This document shows, piece by piece, positions 34,289 to 50,400 of a stretch of 64,000 nt of DNA. Position numbers and translations under genes: made by a program. The stretch is from positions 672,001-736,000 of the forward strand of contig CM000429.1 of assembly GCA_000165345.1 (NCBI GenBank), read 5' to 3'. The notes beneath the pieces are model-generated. The model was not told where the DNA came from. It did not search any database and saw only the letters and a list, made by a program, of their open reading frames with translations. The first letter of the stretch is position 1. Each line of letters begins with the position of its first letter.

Positions 34289-37200
34289 ATGACTGATCAT
34301 AGCCAAATTATGGATAGTGTGATTGCAACCCCAAGAGCTTCAAGTAATGGTAGCATATTCTGGGTTACTCCAACACAATTTAATCCACAAACAGGCACTT
34401 ATCAGACACATTATTATTCAGATGATTTGGTGAAATCTGGAACAGTTAGTGTTGGAACCCCAACATGGAAAAATAATTCAATGGTTCCACAAGCAATTCC
34501 ATCTTCAAATATAAATAGTAAATCAGTTGCAGCTCCGATTTTAATTCCTCCTCCGCAAAGCCGAAATTTGGCAAACTTTGAAGATCCAGTGATAAGGATA
34601 CCAGAAGGAATAAAAGAATTAGAATATGAAGATGACGACGATCAAAGTGTTGTAGATATTAAACAGTTAGGTCAAAATTTTGATTATGATTCAGAGAATG
34701 GCGATAATTCAAATAGAGCAAAGAATGTGGTTGATGCTGTAGTTGCATTAGGACATGTTTTAGTTAAAGATTTGCAAAAAGCAGTACCAAATTTAAAAAA
34801 CAGTGGAAGTTCAATTTTTGAAAGCTGTCTTGCAGGTTCAAATATTACTGGTTTAGAAAATGAGTTGGCATTTTCTCCAAAAAATATATTAAAAGATACA
34901 TTAAAAAACAATACCCAAGTTAAGCCACATTTACTTCCTAATGGGGTAACTATGCAAGAATTAATTGCATCAGGGGGTAATATTGGAAGTTCACCAGATA
35001 AAAGATTTAAAAAAATGTCGAGTATGCTTTCATCTTCAACATTATTATCTTCAGAATTATTTTTTGATCAAAATAAATTCCCAAGAATGAGCTTAATCAC
35101 TTATGAGTCATCTCATAATAATAATAAGGCAATTCAATTGAATCAGGAAGCCGTAAAACGTTTAAATTCAGATTTTGGAGATTCACCTCTATGCTTTATA
35201 AGCTTGATTGATTGCCCTAGTGAATTATTCTCAACTTTGTTATTAAATCCAGATTTGGAATCATTATCAGTACAAAAGATAATTAATAAAGAGTTATCAG
35301 ATAGACAACAACATATTACCAATAATCAAAATAGTTTGGTTGATTTATACTATTGGTACAAAGATGAAGAATTTATATATTTATTATTAGATTTTAAAAT
35401 TTCAATGATACCAAAGTTACATGATATTTTATTAATTCTAGCAAATTCTATTTCATCTACCGTTGTTATGAATAATTCTGGAATAATTAATCAAGAATCT
35501 TTAAAAAAGCTTGTACCAATTATGGATTTACAAAAAGAATTTGAATCACGTCAAGAAAAAATTATTAATAAATTGGTTAATAATAGTAAATCTGGAGGTA
35601 TGAGTAATAATAATAATAATAATAATAATATAAAGAGTGGTGAATTTAATACTCCACCACGAGAAGTTGGACAAGAATTAAAAGATGATGATTTCAAAAC
35701 AGCTCAAGCTAATCCATTGTTATTATTAACTCCAAGATATAAACCTACTCTAAGATCAGAAACTTTTAATGAGTTTAATCAAATAACTGAACAAGAATTA
35801 GATAAAAATAATTTAAATCATGGTACTCCTAGAACCTTATTATGCACTTTAAAAACTACTCCAAGGCCATATTTAGTATGGTTATTACATGATTTTAATT
35901 TCTTATTATATGATACAGCTAATAATATGATATTAAAAAGCATTGATTATTTTGAGACACTTATGACAGAATTAGGTTGTGGTTATGAATGTGAAGATTC
36001 ACAGATTACTTATTTTGAAAATCTCAAGCTTTATTTAAGATCATATTATACAATGAAAGAATGTCATACATTAGTTTCACCATATACAATTGATAATAGT
36101 GAAAGAAAAATTAGAATGGATCATATGAAACAGATTGCTTGTTTAAGACAGAGATTACTTGGAATAAGTAAAAATCATGCAATCAGTCATAAGCTTGGCC
36201 AGTATAATTCATCATTAACAATTAATCGTTATCTTTCAATATTCTTTAAAGTATTAAATAATAATGAAACACAAGATCTCTCAGAGTTGAATGAAATTGT
36301 GCAAAGAAGGTTTTGTGATAGAATATTAATGGATGTTAATGATTATTATTTGTCAGAAGACAAGAAATTAATGGAATCTTTACCTATGAATGAAACTGCA
36401 TTAAAATGTGAAACTAAAGAGATCAGATCCAAATGCATGCATTTATATAAGGAATACACAAGTACATTAATAGATACTGATATTTATATTGATTATAAGA
36501 TTCAATTACAATCAGAATTACAAGATAGAGAGAATGATACAATAAAAGAGAATTTAAATATTTCAGTAAAATATTGTACAACATATTTGAATGAGATAGC
36601 AAAAAAGAATATTTCAAATAAATTATATAATGGAATAAAAAGTAATAATACATCATTTGAAAGTTTAAATAATAAAAATAGTAATATTAATTCAAGAAAA
36701 CAATATAGTATATTAGATCTTGAGAAGGATTTGGATGATATATATTTAACTATGTTAGATAGTTTGAATGATAAAATTCCAAGAGAAATATCATTGAATT
36801 GTTTTCTAAAAGTGGCAAATGAACTTAGACATGAATGGTATCAAGTTAATGGAAGTGGAAATAATATGGGGTTAAACTCCAGTTCAGTTAATAGTAAAGG
36901 AGTGGAAAACGATAAAATTGGAATAGAAAATTGTTTTGGTAGTAATAATGGTAATAATAGATTTGATGATGAATTTATGAGAAGAATGGAAACTCCTGAA
37001 ATGCTAGTAAATAGGCTGAATGCTGATTTGGAAGAAATTGATTCGGAGTATAATGGTTATTCTTTGATGCAAAAAAAGGAGTTATTGGAAGATATATTAT
37101 TAGAAGCAACAAAGAAGAAGGATCGATTAAGTGATTTTTATAATAGTAACCAACTATATGGTTTAGATAATTTAATAACTGCAGTACAAGATAGATTGGA

Positions 37201-37411
37201 TATAGTAAATTCAGAAAGGAAAAGTATTATGGATAATAACGAGATACAAAGACAGATGATATTAAAACAAAAGCATAAACGTTGGAGAAAGTTTTTTCCT
37301 TGTTTAAAGAAGAATATTAATTATGATGTAAATACAATTAATAATACAACAAATAATTGTAATAACATTCAGATGAATGACATGAGCCATTCGATAGATG
37401 AATCATATTAA
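34289..37411 (+). CDS. Hypothetical protein, 1040 aa.
   Basis: A long ORF flanked on both sides by (TA)n microsatellites. I recognise no domain. Confidence 0.5.
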   Translation: MTDHSQIMDSVIATPRASSNGSIFWVTPTQFNPQTGTYQTHYYSDDLVKSGTVSVGTPTWKNNSMVPQAIPSSNINSKSVAAPILIPPPQSRNLANFEDPVIRIPEGIKELEYEDDDDQSVVDIKQLGQNFDYDSENGDNSNRAKNVVDAVVALGHVLVKDLQKAVPNLKNSGSSIFESCLAGSNITGLENELAFSPKNILKDTLKNNTQVKPHLLPNGVTMQELIASGGNIGSSPDKRFKKMSSMLSSSTLLSSELFFDQNKFPRMSLITYESSHNNNKAIQLNQEAVKRLNSDFGDSPLCFISLIDCPSELFSTLLLNPDLESLSVQKIINKELSDRQQHITNNQNSLVDLYYWYKDEEFIYLLLDFKISMIPKLHDILLILANSISSTVVMNNSGIINQESLKKLVPIMDLQKEFESRQEKIINKLVNNSKSGGMSNNNNNNNNIKSGEFNTPPREVGQELKDDDFKTAQANPLLLLTPRYKPTLRSETFNEFNQITEQELDKNNLNHGTPRTLLCTLKTTPRPYLVWLLHDFNFLLYDTANNMILKSIDYFETLMTELGCGYECEDSQITYFENLKLYLRSYYTMKECHTLVSPYTIDNSERKIRMDHMKQIACLRQRLLGISKNHAISHKLGQYNSSLTINRYLSIFFKVLNNNETQDLSELNEIVQRRFCDRILMDVNDYYLSEDKKLMESLPMNETALKCETKEIRSKCMHLYKEYTSTLIDTDIYIDYKIQLQSELQDRENDTIKENLNISVKYCTTYLNEIAKKNISNKLYNGIKSNNTSFESLNNKNSNINSRKQYSILDLEKDLDDIYLTMLDSLNDKIPREISLNCFLKVANELRHEWYQVNGSGNNMGLNSSSVNSKGVENDKIGIENCFGSNNGNNRFDDEFMRRMETPEMLVNRLNADLEEIDSEYNGYSLMQKKELLEDILLEATKKKDRLSDFYNSNQLYGLDNLITAVQDRLDIVNSERKSIMDNNEIQRQMILKQKHKRWRKFFPCLKKNINYDVNTINNTTNNCNNIQMNDMSHSIDESY

Positions 37412-37442
37412 GGTATGAGAAGGAAAAAAGGATAATTTATAA

Positions 37443-37464
37443 TATATATATATATATATATATT
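37443..37464. repeat. (TA)n dinucleotide microsatellite.
   Basis: It sits immediately 3' of the stop of gene 34289..37411. Confidence 0.9.
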
Positions 37465-38028
37465 ATAAATTGAAAGAAAAGAAGAATAAAACAAATATTA
37501 TATTCTATATTTCGGGGTTTATTTTACTTGAAATATGGTTTTAAATTACTCAACCAGTTGATGATCTTTGCCAATTTCTTCATAGCAATATATAATAATT
37601 CTTTAATTACATGTAAAAATTAATAGTAAATTTAATTAAAAAGTTTGCAGAAACAATTTCAATATTAAAGTTAAAAAAAGGGTATAAATAAAAAAAAAGC
37701 ATTAATTAATAGAAATATCAAGTTAGAGGAGATAAAGTAATTAATAGGAACGGATAATGAAAATTAGGTAGTATAGAAATTCAGAAATAATTCCAGAAAG
37801 TGATAATGTTAGCGAAAAAAGACAATATTTTTTTCTTCTTTTGAAGCTAGTAATTATTTATTTTCTAATGTATTATCAAACTATTTATTGAGATTAAATC
37901 TTGCTCTCTTTTTTAAAATTATTATTATTGATATTTCCTACATAAAACAGAAAGAATTACGTGTCATTTATTATTTTTGCATGCAATGCAACTTTTGGCG
38001 GTAATGTAGTAAGAATAAGGGGTATGTT

Positions 38029-40050
38029 TTAATATGGTGAGAAGTTAAAGTTGGGACGACCTTCTGACGGAATATTGTAATATGGGGAAGAAGTTTCATA
38101 AGTTGATCTGTAGTTTGATAGTGGATCTGGTGTAAGGAGCGGGTTTGGTGGAGAGTTGGAGTGTGCGGTGAATTGGTCTTCTTGTTTTCTGGTGATTGTG
38201 CTAGAAATTGAGTTATTTTTTGATAGAATAGTATTATGTGGTGGAGTAATTTGATTATTATGATTACTATAATTGTAGTTGTAATTACTATTAGTACTAG
38301 GATTAATATTAGTATTATTATAGTTATAGTTGAATGTTTCCGTAGTATTTTGGTTTTGAATTCCAAGTGAAGCATTAGTTTTAGGTTTAGAGATCGATGA
38401 TAATGAGAGAATAGGCTGGTTATTACTGTTATTGAGTGTAGATGGTGAAGGTGGTTTTGAAGAGATAGTTTTCATATATTCATCATTTGGACTTATGATA
38501 GTTTTAAGTTGAGGAAACTGTTCAGTTGATGCATTAATGGGTGTATTATAGATTGAGCTATTATTATTGGGAATAAAGTTTTGAGGATGATGAATATTTG
38601 TATTATATGTTGAGATTTGAGGGAATTGACTTTGGGATTGAGGGATAGAGTTAGATGAGGGTGAAAAAGGTTGTTGAATATAATTAAGATTTTGAATAGA
38701 ATTATTGTATGGGAGTTTGTTATAAATTTGTTGATTTGGTGGGGAGAATGATGAAGATTGATTTTTCTTTTGTAAAAAGATATCATTTCTGCATCTTAAA
38801 AGATTAACAGTACCGTTAAGAATTCCATTGTTTACAAGTTGGAAAAAGTCATCATAAGAGCAGAACTCTTTGTTAAGGTAATCACGAATAACTTGAGATG
38901 CAAGTTTTTTAGATTTTTCAGAGGAAATTTGAGTTTTCTTTTTTGGTTTTCCATTTTTATTATTTGTAGTAACTTTAATAATACTAATATGTTCAATAAG
39001 TTTGGCAAGCTCATCAATAGAAAGCAATCCATCACGATTGGAATCATAGTAGAAGAATATGAACTGTAATCTAAGCCTATTGAAATTTGGAGAATTTTTT
39101 TCTTTAATATTATATGGTCTAAAAATGAGCATTCCAGTAAGAAATTCGACTTGGGTAATGTAATCATCTTGATTTCTATCCATTACACTAAAAATAGTGC
39201 CTCTATATCCAACTTCAATAATATTGACATATTCCATAAGTTTTTCAAATTCAAAGTTTGATATGAATCCTTTAACAGTATTTGAAAATGAGCTAAATAG
39301 AGTAGATAAGTAGTTGCATTCATTTTGAACATCAAGTTCAACCACTGCAAGCGGTAGAAGTTTGGAGTAGCTATTCCATTCTTTCCAGTTGGAGCTATTT
39401 GGTTTAGTTACTGTACTCTTTGCATTTGCATAACCTCCAAATTCAGTTTTTTTTGCTGTATTTAAATCAATTCTGCTTGATGATATTACATTATTGTCGT
39501 ATGAAGATGGTAATTTCCCGGCTCCCATTGGTGCTCCTATAGTAGTTATTGTTGCTGTTCCAGTACCTAATTTTATTGGTGCTGCTGCTTCTCCAATTCC
39601 AGTTCCAGTTCCAGTTCCTGATGAAATATATTTTTCTCTTGATTGATAATTACTGTCGATTATTCGACTGGATTCATCAATTGTATTAATTCTATTTGGA
39701 ATAGTTTCATATTCTATTGGTGTATTAAAATTATCGTTGCTTTGATTTAAATATTGATAACCACTTATATTATGAATATTATTATGTTGATTAATATATC
39801 TTGGATATACATTTGGGGATGAAACATAACTCTTATTAGTATTATTAAAGTTATTATCGCCTGTATAATAATAAGTTCCAGCATTATTTTTATCTGAATA
39901 TTCTGATAATGGTAATTTATATTGATTATAATTTCCGGGTGAATTTGGCTGTAAGACTTTTTTCATATTGTTTAAATTCATGCTAGTACTGGGATTACCA
40001 CCTATTCCATTAATATTTGCACAGTTTCCAAAACTTAGCAATTGGCTCAT
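38029..40050 (-). CDS. EF-hand calcium-binding protein with a long Q/N/P/S/Y-rich prion-like C-terminal region.
   Basis: Two EF-hand loops are present: DRNQDDYITQVEF and YDSNRDGLLSIDEL, the latter preceded by LQFIFFYY. The N- and C-terminal regions are low-complexity. Confidence 0.6.
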   Translation of the reverse strand: MSQLLSFGNCANINGIGGNPSTSMNLNNMKKVLQPNSPGNYNQYKLPLSEYSDKNNAGTYYYTGDNNFNNTNKSYVSSPNVYPRYINQHNNIHNISGYQYLNQSNDNFNTPIEYETIPNRINTIDESSRIIDSNYQSREKYISSGTGTGTGIGEAAAPIKLGTGTATITTIGAPMGAGKLPSSYDNNVISSSRIDLNTAKKTEFGGYANAKSTVTKPNSSNWKEWNSYSKLLPLAVVELDVQNECNYLSTLFSSFSNTVKGFISNFEFEKLMEYVNIIEVGYRGTIFSVMDRNQDDYITQVEFLTGMLIFRPYNIKEKNSPNFNRLRLQFIFFYYDSNRDGLLSIDELAKLIEHISIIKVTTNNKNGKPKKKTQISSEKSKKLASQVIRDYLNKEFCSYDDFFQLVNNGILNGTVNLLRCRNDIFLQKKNQSSSFSPPNQQIYNKLPYNNSIQNLNYIQQPFSPSSNSIPQSQSQFPQISTYNTNIHHPQNFIPNNNSSIYNTPINASTEQFPQLKTIISPNDEYMKTISSKPPSPSTLNNSNNQPILSLSSISKPKTNASLGIQNQNTTETFNYNYNNTNINPSTNSNYNYNYSNHNNQITPPHNTILSKNNSISSTITRKQEDQFTAHSNSPPNPLLTPDPLSNYRSTYETSSPYYNIPSEGRPNFNFSPY

Positions 40051-40763
40051 TTTGCGATATTCAATCAGTCACTTTTATTATCTTTTCTTTCTTAGTTTAT
40101 ACAATCTTAACTTAATTAAAGCAATAATTTTATTATAATTATTATTATATTTAGGATTATGATTGAAAACTAAATATTGTGGGCTTTTTAAGTAAATAGA
40201 TATATAAAATTAAATAAAAAAAGAAGGAAATGGATCTTTCTTGATTCGATTTTGATTTATATAATCAATCAATAAGCCGAGTTACTTATTTGTAAAAATA
40301 AATTCACATATATTTCTTTTTATTTCCTTTTTTCTTTTTTATTCCTCTTTTTATTTTATCCCTTTATAATAATAATCTACATAATATATACATGGAAAAT
40401 ATTATGTATGCCTGCTTGCCCGCCAAAAATTTTGAAACACGTGGAGATTAAATGACTAAATAAAAAAAGAAAAATAAATAAATTTATTCTAATAATATGG
40501 AAAATTTTCTTACATAAAGTTGTATGAAAGAACATCGTTATTTTATTTTATTTTTCCTAATCTTATTAAAAACATAAAAAATCTGAATATTTCTAAATTA
40601 TACTGCATTCCAAATAAAATGTAATTAGTTATTATCTTTAATTATATCTTGAAAATAAAAGGAAATTATTTGGGAAAGAAAAAAAATAATTAGCTAACAG
40701 TTTAATATCTATTTTTTTAAAAGTATTATTAATAATTAAAATTTTATTTGTACAAATCATCAT

Positions 40764-40811
40764 TACCGGTATTGTTTGAAAAAAAATGCTTGCATTTTCG
40801 CATGCATGCAC
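40764..40811. promoter_or_regulatory. TACCGGTA (40764-71) and CGCATGCATGCAC (40799-40811), in the divergent promoter between the EF-hand gene and the kinase-like gene.
   Basis: The same composite ACCGGTA + GCATGC arrangement recurs here. Confidence 0.5.
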
Positions 40812-41645
40812 AATTTTTTACTAAAATCATTTATCCACATAAAATTTTATGTGGACAAAAATTTTAAAAAAATTAAAATTAAGAATAGAAACGAATAAAT
40901 GGTTTATAATGTTTAATTTTGGTATTGAATATTATCTCGTAAATGTATACAAAAAAGAAGAAAAAAAGAATAAGTAGTAGTAAGAAGAAGGATTGTTTGA
41001 TTATTGGTAATTTAATTTTATTTATAGAAAGTAAGTGTATTCAAGAACTCAAGTGAATATATTACAAATACTAAATATTTATTAGCGTAATAAATATTGA
41101 AAAAAATTAATTATTTAAAGTATTTGATTAATAAATATTAATAAGATATATGCGTAATTTGAAAGATTTAGGAGCAAATAGAATATTACAAGTGTGGGGC
41201 GGCCTGTATGTGTGTCATGTCGTAAAATAAATATTTGGGTTATATAAAAATATAAATATATATTTTATATTTATATTATATTGTACTTAAAAAAAAAAAA
41301 TATATTAATGAATAAAGTTTTTCAAAGAAAGGAGAACACAAAACTTGGCTAAATTATAAAATCGAAACTTTTAATAATAATAATATTATTATTATATGCA
41401 TAAATATATATAAAAGGTATAAACAAGATATTGCAAAGAAGAGAATTAATTAAATAGAGAATATAGTGGTGGTTAGTAATAAATATATAATGAAAAATAT
41501 TTGATCCAGAATCTAAAAATTAATAAAATATTCTCTCAGTTAAAATTAGGAGAAAATAAATAAAATAGTTTTAAGGTAAATAAAGAGAATGCAAATTAAC
41601 AAATAATATTTGAAATAATATATAGTTTAAGGAAAAATTATATAT

Positions 41646-44270
<2,625 letters not shown>

Positions 44271-44476
44271 CCAATTTAATTACAAAGTATCCTTTTTCTT
44301 AATAAAAAAAGTAAATGGTACCTATATGGTATCGAATATATATATGTAATTATATTATTACAGTATAAATAAGATCCGAGAGGAAACTAAATAGAAAATT
44401 ATATATCTCCAGTATAGAAAGATAAGATATAAACCTTAAAATCTAGTAGTAATCCTTTGTTTCTTTAATAATCGTT

Positions 44477-47400
44477 TTAATTGAAAAAGGGGAGTAGTTG
44501 GACAATCTTGCAATTTTGTAGTGTATCAATAATTAAAAGAGTGTTCTTATTGATGAAAATTGCATGGGAAATGATTTTGTTGTATTGATTGGATGTTAAG
44601 CTGTTATTAATAATATTAAGAGGATTTAAAGAAAGGGAATGATTAATATTGAATTTAATAATTGGTACGATTGTAATTTGATTATTATTAAAATATCTTT
44701 TGAAAGATGATTTAAGTAATAGAAATATATGATAAATAATACAAATACCATCAGATGATAATACTGTTAATTTTGAATTAATATAATTCGAATTTCTGTT
44801 AATAATATTATTAAGAGTGTTTAAATTGGATAAATTTGAAGTAAGTATATTCTTTTGTTTAAGTTTAAATAAGCTTGGATTTAAAAATTGTCTTCCAAAT
44901 AAATAAGATATAAACCATAAATTTCCAGTATTTGTAATAATTAAGAGTGTATTAGCTTGTTTCCAATTATGGCTTGTTGAAATTGGTGAACTTTCTAAAG
45001 CTATTAAAAGATCTGGTCGACTAATTATAGGTAAATTATATGATAAATTAGTCCAAATATCCCATATACATAAACAATTTTCATCTGATAATACTGATGA
45101 AATTTCGATCTTACTACTTAAATTCAAAGTATTATCTCCCATAAATTCTGCCAAATTTAATGTACCACTATTAATTAGAGTTCCACCTAATCCAATTCCT
45201 CCTTCACTTTCATTTAAGTAACCATAACTATTACCACCAATTGAATAAGAACTATTGGACTTTGCAGTATTAGGTGTTGATGCATTACTAATCGATTGTG
45301 ATTGAACATTATTGTTATTATTTGTTGTAGTAGTAACACTAATATTACCACCAACAATAGGTATTCTCTCACCTCTTGAATTAAATTTAGTATAGTTTCT
45401 AAAATTGAATGACGACCTTCCAAGTTCATTTCCTTCATTGTTATTAAAACTATTATTATTAATACTAGTAGTGTTATATACGAAATTGATTCCATTACCT
45501 GATGTTAGAATATATCTGCAAGAATAGTCAATAATTCCTGACCAAAAACAATTTGATTTATGTACTTGGAATATATATATTGGAATAAATGGATTCATAG
45601 CAGAACTTGACTTTGAACTTGAATTTGAATTTGAACTTGTGCTTGAACTTGTACTTTGTGCATTAATTGAACTTGAAGTCAAAATAATATTACTGCTGGA
45701 TGATAGTGAAGAATTATTTACACCTCCATTATTGACTGAAGTTGTTTGTAAACTATTATGAGATGAGGAAGGTTGGGAAGGATTAATATTGGGATTAGAA
45801 GGAACAAAAATCTCATCCTCTTCATCAGATAAGTAATTATTGTTGGAGTTGAGTTTATAAACCATAATAAAACCATTCGAAGTTGAGATAATTATATGTA
45901 TTTTACTTGGAGACCAACTTACATGGGTTATATTACCTAAATTATGATTATTTACCATTAATTTATTCAAATTAGTTGAAGTTGTAGGAGGCAATTCTTG
46001 GTGATAATTACGACCTTGGCCAATAGAATCAATACCCTTAAAAGATCTTTTATTAACATTATTTGATGTTAAATTGTAATATGACTTTGATAAACTATTT
46101 GAAATCATTATTGGCTTTGGATTTGATTTACTACTATTAATATTATTAATAATATCTCCAGTAATATTACTACTGGTATTAATAAAATAATTGGGATGAT
46201 TTACTTTATGATAATTACTGAAAGCTAAAGAATGACTCCAATATGGATAAACAATATGAGAAACTCTTGGATTTCTTAATTGTATTGCTTCACCACATAT
46301 TATTGCTTTGACATTATTGAATTGATTTTGTATTTTTGAAAAACTTAACGGAATATCTGTAAATATCTGTAAGAATCGTATTTCTTGAAAATTACAAGTT
46401 AGATGAGATCCTGATCCAATATTTGTATTAAAATCCGATACTCCTCCCCCTATATTTAACTCATTTTCTTTTGATGTATATAAATCGAGATAAATACTTT
46501 TAACTCCTTTCTTTATATTAACACAAAAATCAATATCATATATTGGCATAATACAAGGAGATGATGATGATGATGATAACAATAAGCTTTTATTACTTTT
46601 TCTTCTTTCCAGTTTTCTATATGATAAAAGTCCATGATCATCTTGATTTTCCTCCAATTTCCCAAAAATTAAGAGTCTCTTTAAAAGAAAAGAGTTTAAA
46701 AGAACTTCTAATCTTATGATCTTTTCTGATTTGAAAATGTTATCAAAATCTTCTCCGAATTTACCAAATTTCATTCCCTGAAAAATAACTCCTTCATAAT
46801 AATATGAATTTATATGATTTCTTCTCATAAAACTTATTGGATGAATAAAATATAATTTTGAATTTAACATTAAGTGAGTTTTTTCACCTAATAATAAAAA
46901 TGGACTGTTATTTACATCCATCTTACAATCCATCAATAATGGACTTTCTTGATATAATATATGACCTAATAATGTATTTGATCTTTCTACTCCTTCTTTT
47001 TCACCTTTTTGAATTCTATTCTTATACCATTTATAATAATAATCTTCTTCATTAACATATTCATTTTCATTCTCTAATTCAACTAAAGTTTCAGATTCAT
47101 TCTCATCTTGTTGCTTACTTTGATCAAATCCAAAATAATGATAATAATAAAAATCATCATCTTCATATTGTTTAATCTCATTATCTATTAATATATTATC
47201 ATTCATCATATTCTCCTCTTTTTTACTGTCTCTCTCCAAATCTTCAATATTGTTATTATTACCACTCAAATAGTGAACATTTGGAACTAAATTAAGTTTA
47301 GGAGTTGGAATAATACGATTATTATATATTAACATATTAATCATAAAGAGTGATGGATTATTCATTCTCATTGATTCTTCTTTCTTATTCAATCTGAATC

Positions 47401-50400
47401 TATCATCACTTACTTCAAAGTATTCATTTGAAAAATCTAGTTTCAATTTTTCAAGTTCAAAACCTGAATTTTTATTATTATCATTACTTGTATTTGTTGT
47501 TGTTGAATTTGTACAAGATATACTATTTAATAAATTCACAGAATACTGTTCACTAGATTCTAATTCAATGCTTGAGATATTATTCGAGTTTTCTTTAAAA
47601 TTCCATACCTTCTTCAATAAATAATAATATAAATTACTGATTGATCCAATATCATATGATATTATTAATTCCTTATTTCTTAGTATATTTATTAATAATA
47701 GATTTTTGATTCCCATTCCAATCCAAATTTCTTTTAATATAATAATAATTTTGATTATAATAACATTAATAGTGGGCAGATGATGATTATTAGTATTTAG
47801 TTCAGGATAATTATTAGTATTAACAACTCGAGTAAATAATATACTTTTCTTTTCATCAATAGAATCATAGTAATATGTTAGGATGAGTGGTAATAACGGA
47901 ATAATAATTTCTTTCCATTCTTTAAATACTCTATTATTATAGGACTCTTTTAAAGCAAGATTTAATTGGTCTGTTGTTATCTTGTTTGTAATAGATTCTT
48001 CTTGTAATATAGAATTGAAACTTAACTCGCTATTATTATCTTCATTAATTAATTCTTGATGAATTTTTATTATACTAGTAGATAATACTATTATTATAGT
48101 ATTAAAATACATGAGTTGATCTTCTTTTACATATTGAAATGAATTATTTTGAATTTCTTCTTGGATATTATCATTATTAGAATTACTTTCAATATCTTTA
48201 ATATATCCATATTCTTTAGTAAATTCTAATAATAACCTCAAAAGCTTTAATAACTTGATTCCTAATCTTTTGGTTAATCTTCTTTTTAAATGCAAATCTA
48301 ACTTTTGATAACTTTTTAATATTATAACAAACTTGATTATTTTTATTAAATTTTGATACTTGAGCACATTAATATCTTTAGAACCTTTTATTTTGGATAT
48401 GAGATCCTGTATAATAATCATAAACATATAAATTTTTAATAGCTTGGTTATAATAATTGTTGGATTTTCATTAATAATTTTGGAAGAACCAACTTCTTCT
48501 CCTTCATTTCCAGGCTCTAACAATAATTCAAATAAAATATGATTAACTTTATTCCTAAATATTAAAATTAATAATTCACATTTATTTATAATATATTGAT
48601 CACCATTCCTACTTTCGAAAGTTAATATAATTTCATTATTAATTCTGGAAAAAAACTCAAATAAAGAGTCCCATATATAATCAAATCCAAAATGACCCAA
48701 ATTCCAAGAATTCTTATTTTCTGAAAATATCTCAAAAATTAAATTCAAATATTTACCCCTCAACCCGGAAATATCTTCTGATAGTCTTTTTTTACATGCA
48801 ACATGCATTATGCTAATATCATTTTTAATTACGTCATTTTTTGTGTGCATACCGGTATTGACATTATTAAAATATTTGTCCACATTAGTTAATAATAAAT
48901 AATTAAAAATATTAATAGGATTAATATTAAGATTGTTTTTTTCTTGATTATAGTTGAAATGAAATACGGAAATAAATTCTGGAATTTTGGAATATTGATT
49001 AATCCATTCAAAAAGATTATTGTTGTTTAAGAAGAAGAAGTAATTAATATGTAAATATTTTATATAATTTTGAATTCTATTGAGAATATTTGGCTTAATA
49101 ATTAAATTATAATAATGATAATGAATATTTTTTGTTTTAAAAAAGTCTTGATTATTTTCGATATAAGTTAGCCACGAAATATAATGGTATGGATTCATAC
49201 ATTTTTTGATATAATAAGAAATTATTTCAATTATATTGTCAAATGATGGATATTTTAAGCTTTCACTTAATTCATAAGATTGAGATTGTGAGCTGATTAA
49301 AATTTTTAATTTAATATAATTATTAAATAAGAATAAATGTTCAGGATGTATAAAGCTGTAATTTAAATCATAACTATTTTGATCATTTAAATAAGAATCT
49401 TCAATATATTTATTATTTGGAATGATTTCTTCAATCTTTATATTACTTTTAAAATAATCTTCTATACTACACATTAATTCACAAACTTTAAAGAAAATTG
49501 TTGGACATGATAATTTTAACAAAATATTAAGTATATCCACTCTATTAATATTATCAAATTTGAAATTATTTACACTTGAATAATTTAATATTGATATTAT
49601 GCTTAACCACGGGTCTTTATTTATTAATGATAATAACCATAAATTACTCAAATACTTATTGTAAAGATTCACCAAAGTATTCTTCTCATTATCATTTATT
49701 CCATTCGAGTTTAATAACAATTTTAATAAAAGAAATAATAGTTGTGGATCATTCAAATACTTTATACATATGTTTGCTATTTCGTCATAAGATCTACTTA
49801 ATATAAAGAAACACAAACTCCAATGGTACTTTCTTTGTTTTATCAAGTAATAACCATTATTAATTGCTTGTTTCTTTAATTCATCATTATTTATATTATA
49901 ATTTAATAAAAAATCAAATACATTCTTTTGATCTAAAATCTTAAATATTGCAGAAACTATATTTAATTTATTAATGCATGTGTATATTATCAAAACAATA
50001 TTTAACATTTCATCTTGGAAAATATTACTATTTTTTTTCTGATTATCTGGAAATTCAAAGCTTAATTCTTTTCTCCTTTCAGAAATTACTTTTATCAGGT
50101 TTTGATATAATTTTTGAACCCATTTTTCAATAAATTCCTGAAATTTAAAATTTTCTGTTAATATATAAATCACTCCAAACTTTTTCAAATCTTTCCAGTC
50201 GATTAAATTACTATTAAAATTCCCAAGAATTTTATCAACTATATGGTCCTTTTCGCAAAGTGAAATCCAACAAATATCTTCAGATTTTAATATGAATCCA
50301 CCTTCTCCTAACATATCATAGTAATTTATTCTTATAAAATATCTCTTTATTTGGTATTCTTCGAATTCCGTAATATTCATTCTATGGCCATATGTTTTAT

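Noticed and set aside
37971-38375. 134-aa minus-strand ORF overlapping the 3' end of the EF-hand gene.
   Set aside because: It is a different frame of low-complexity sequence (I/L/T-rich translation of the AT-rich strand). It is nested in the longer 673-aa ORF, which has recognisable EF-hands.
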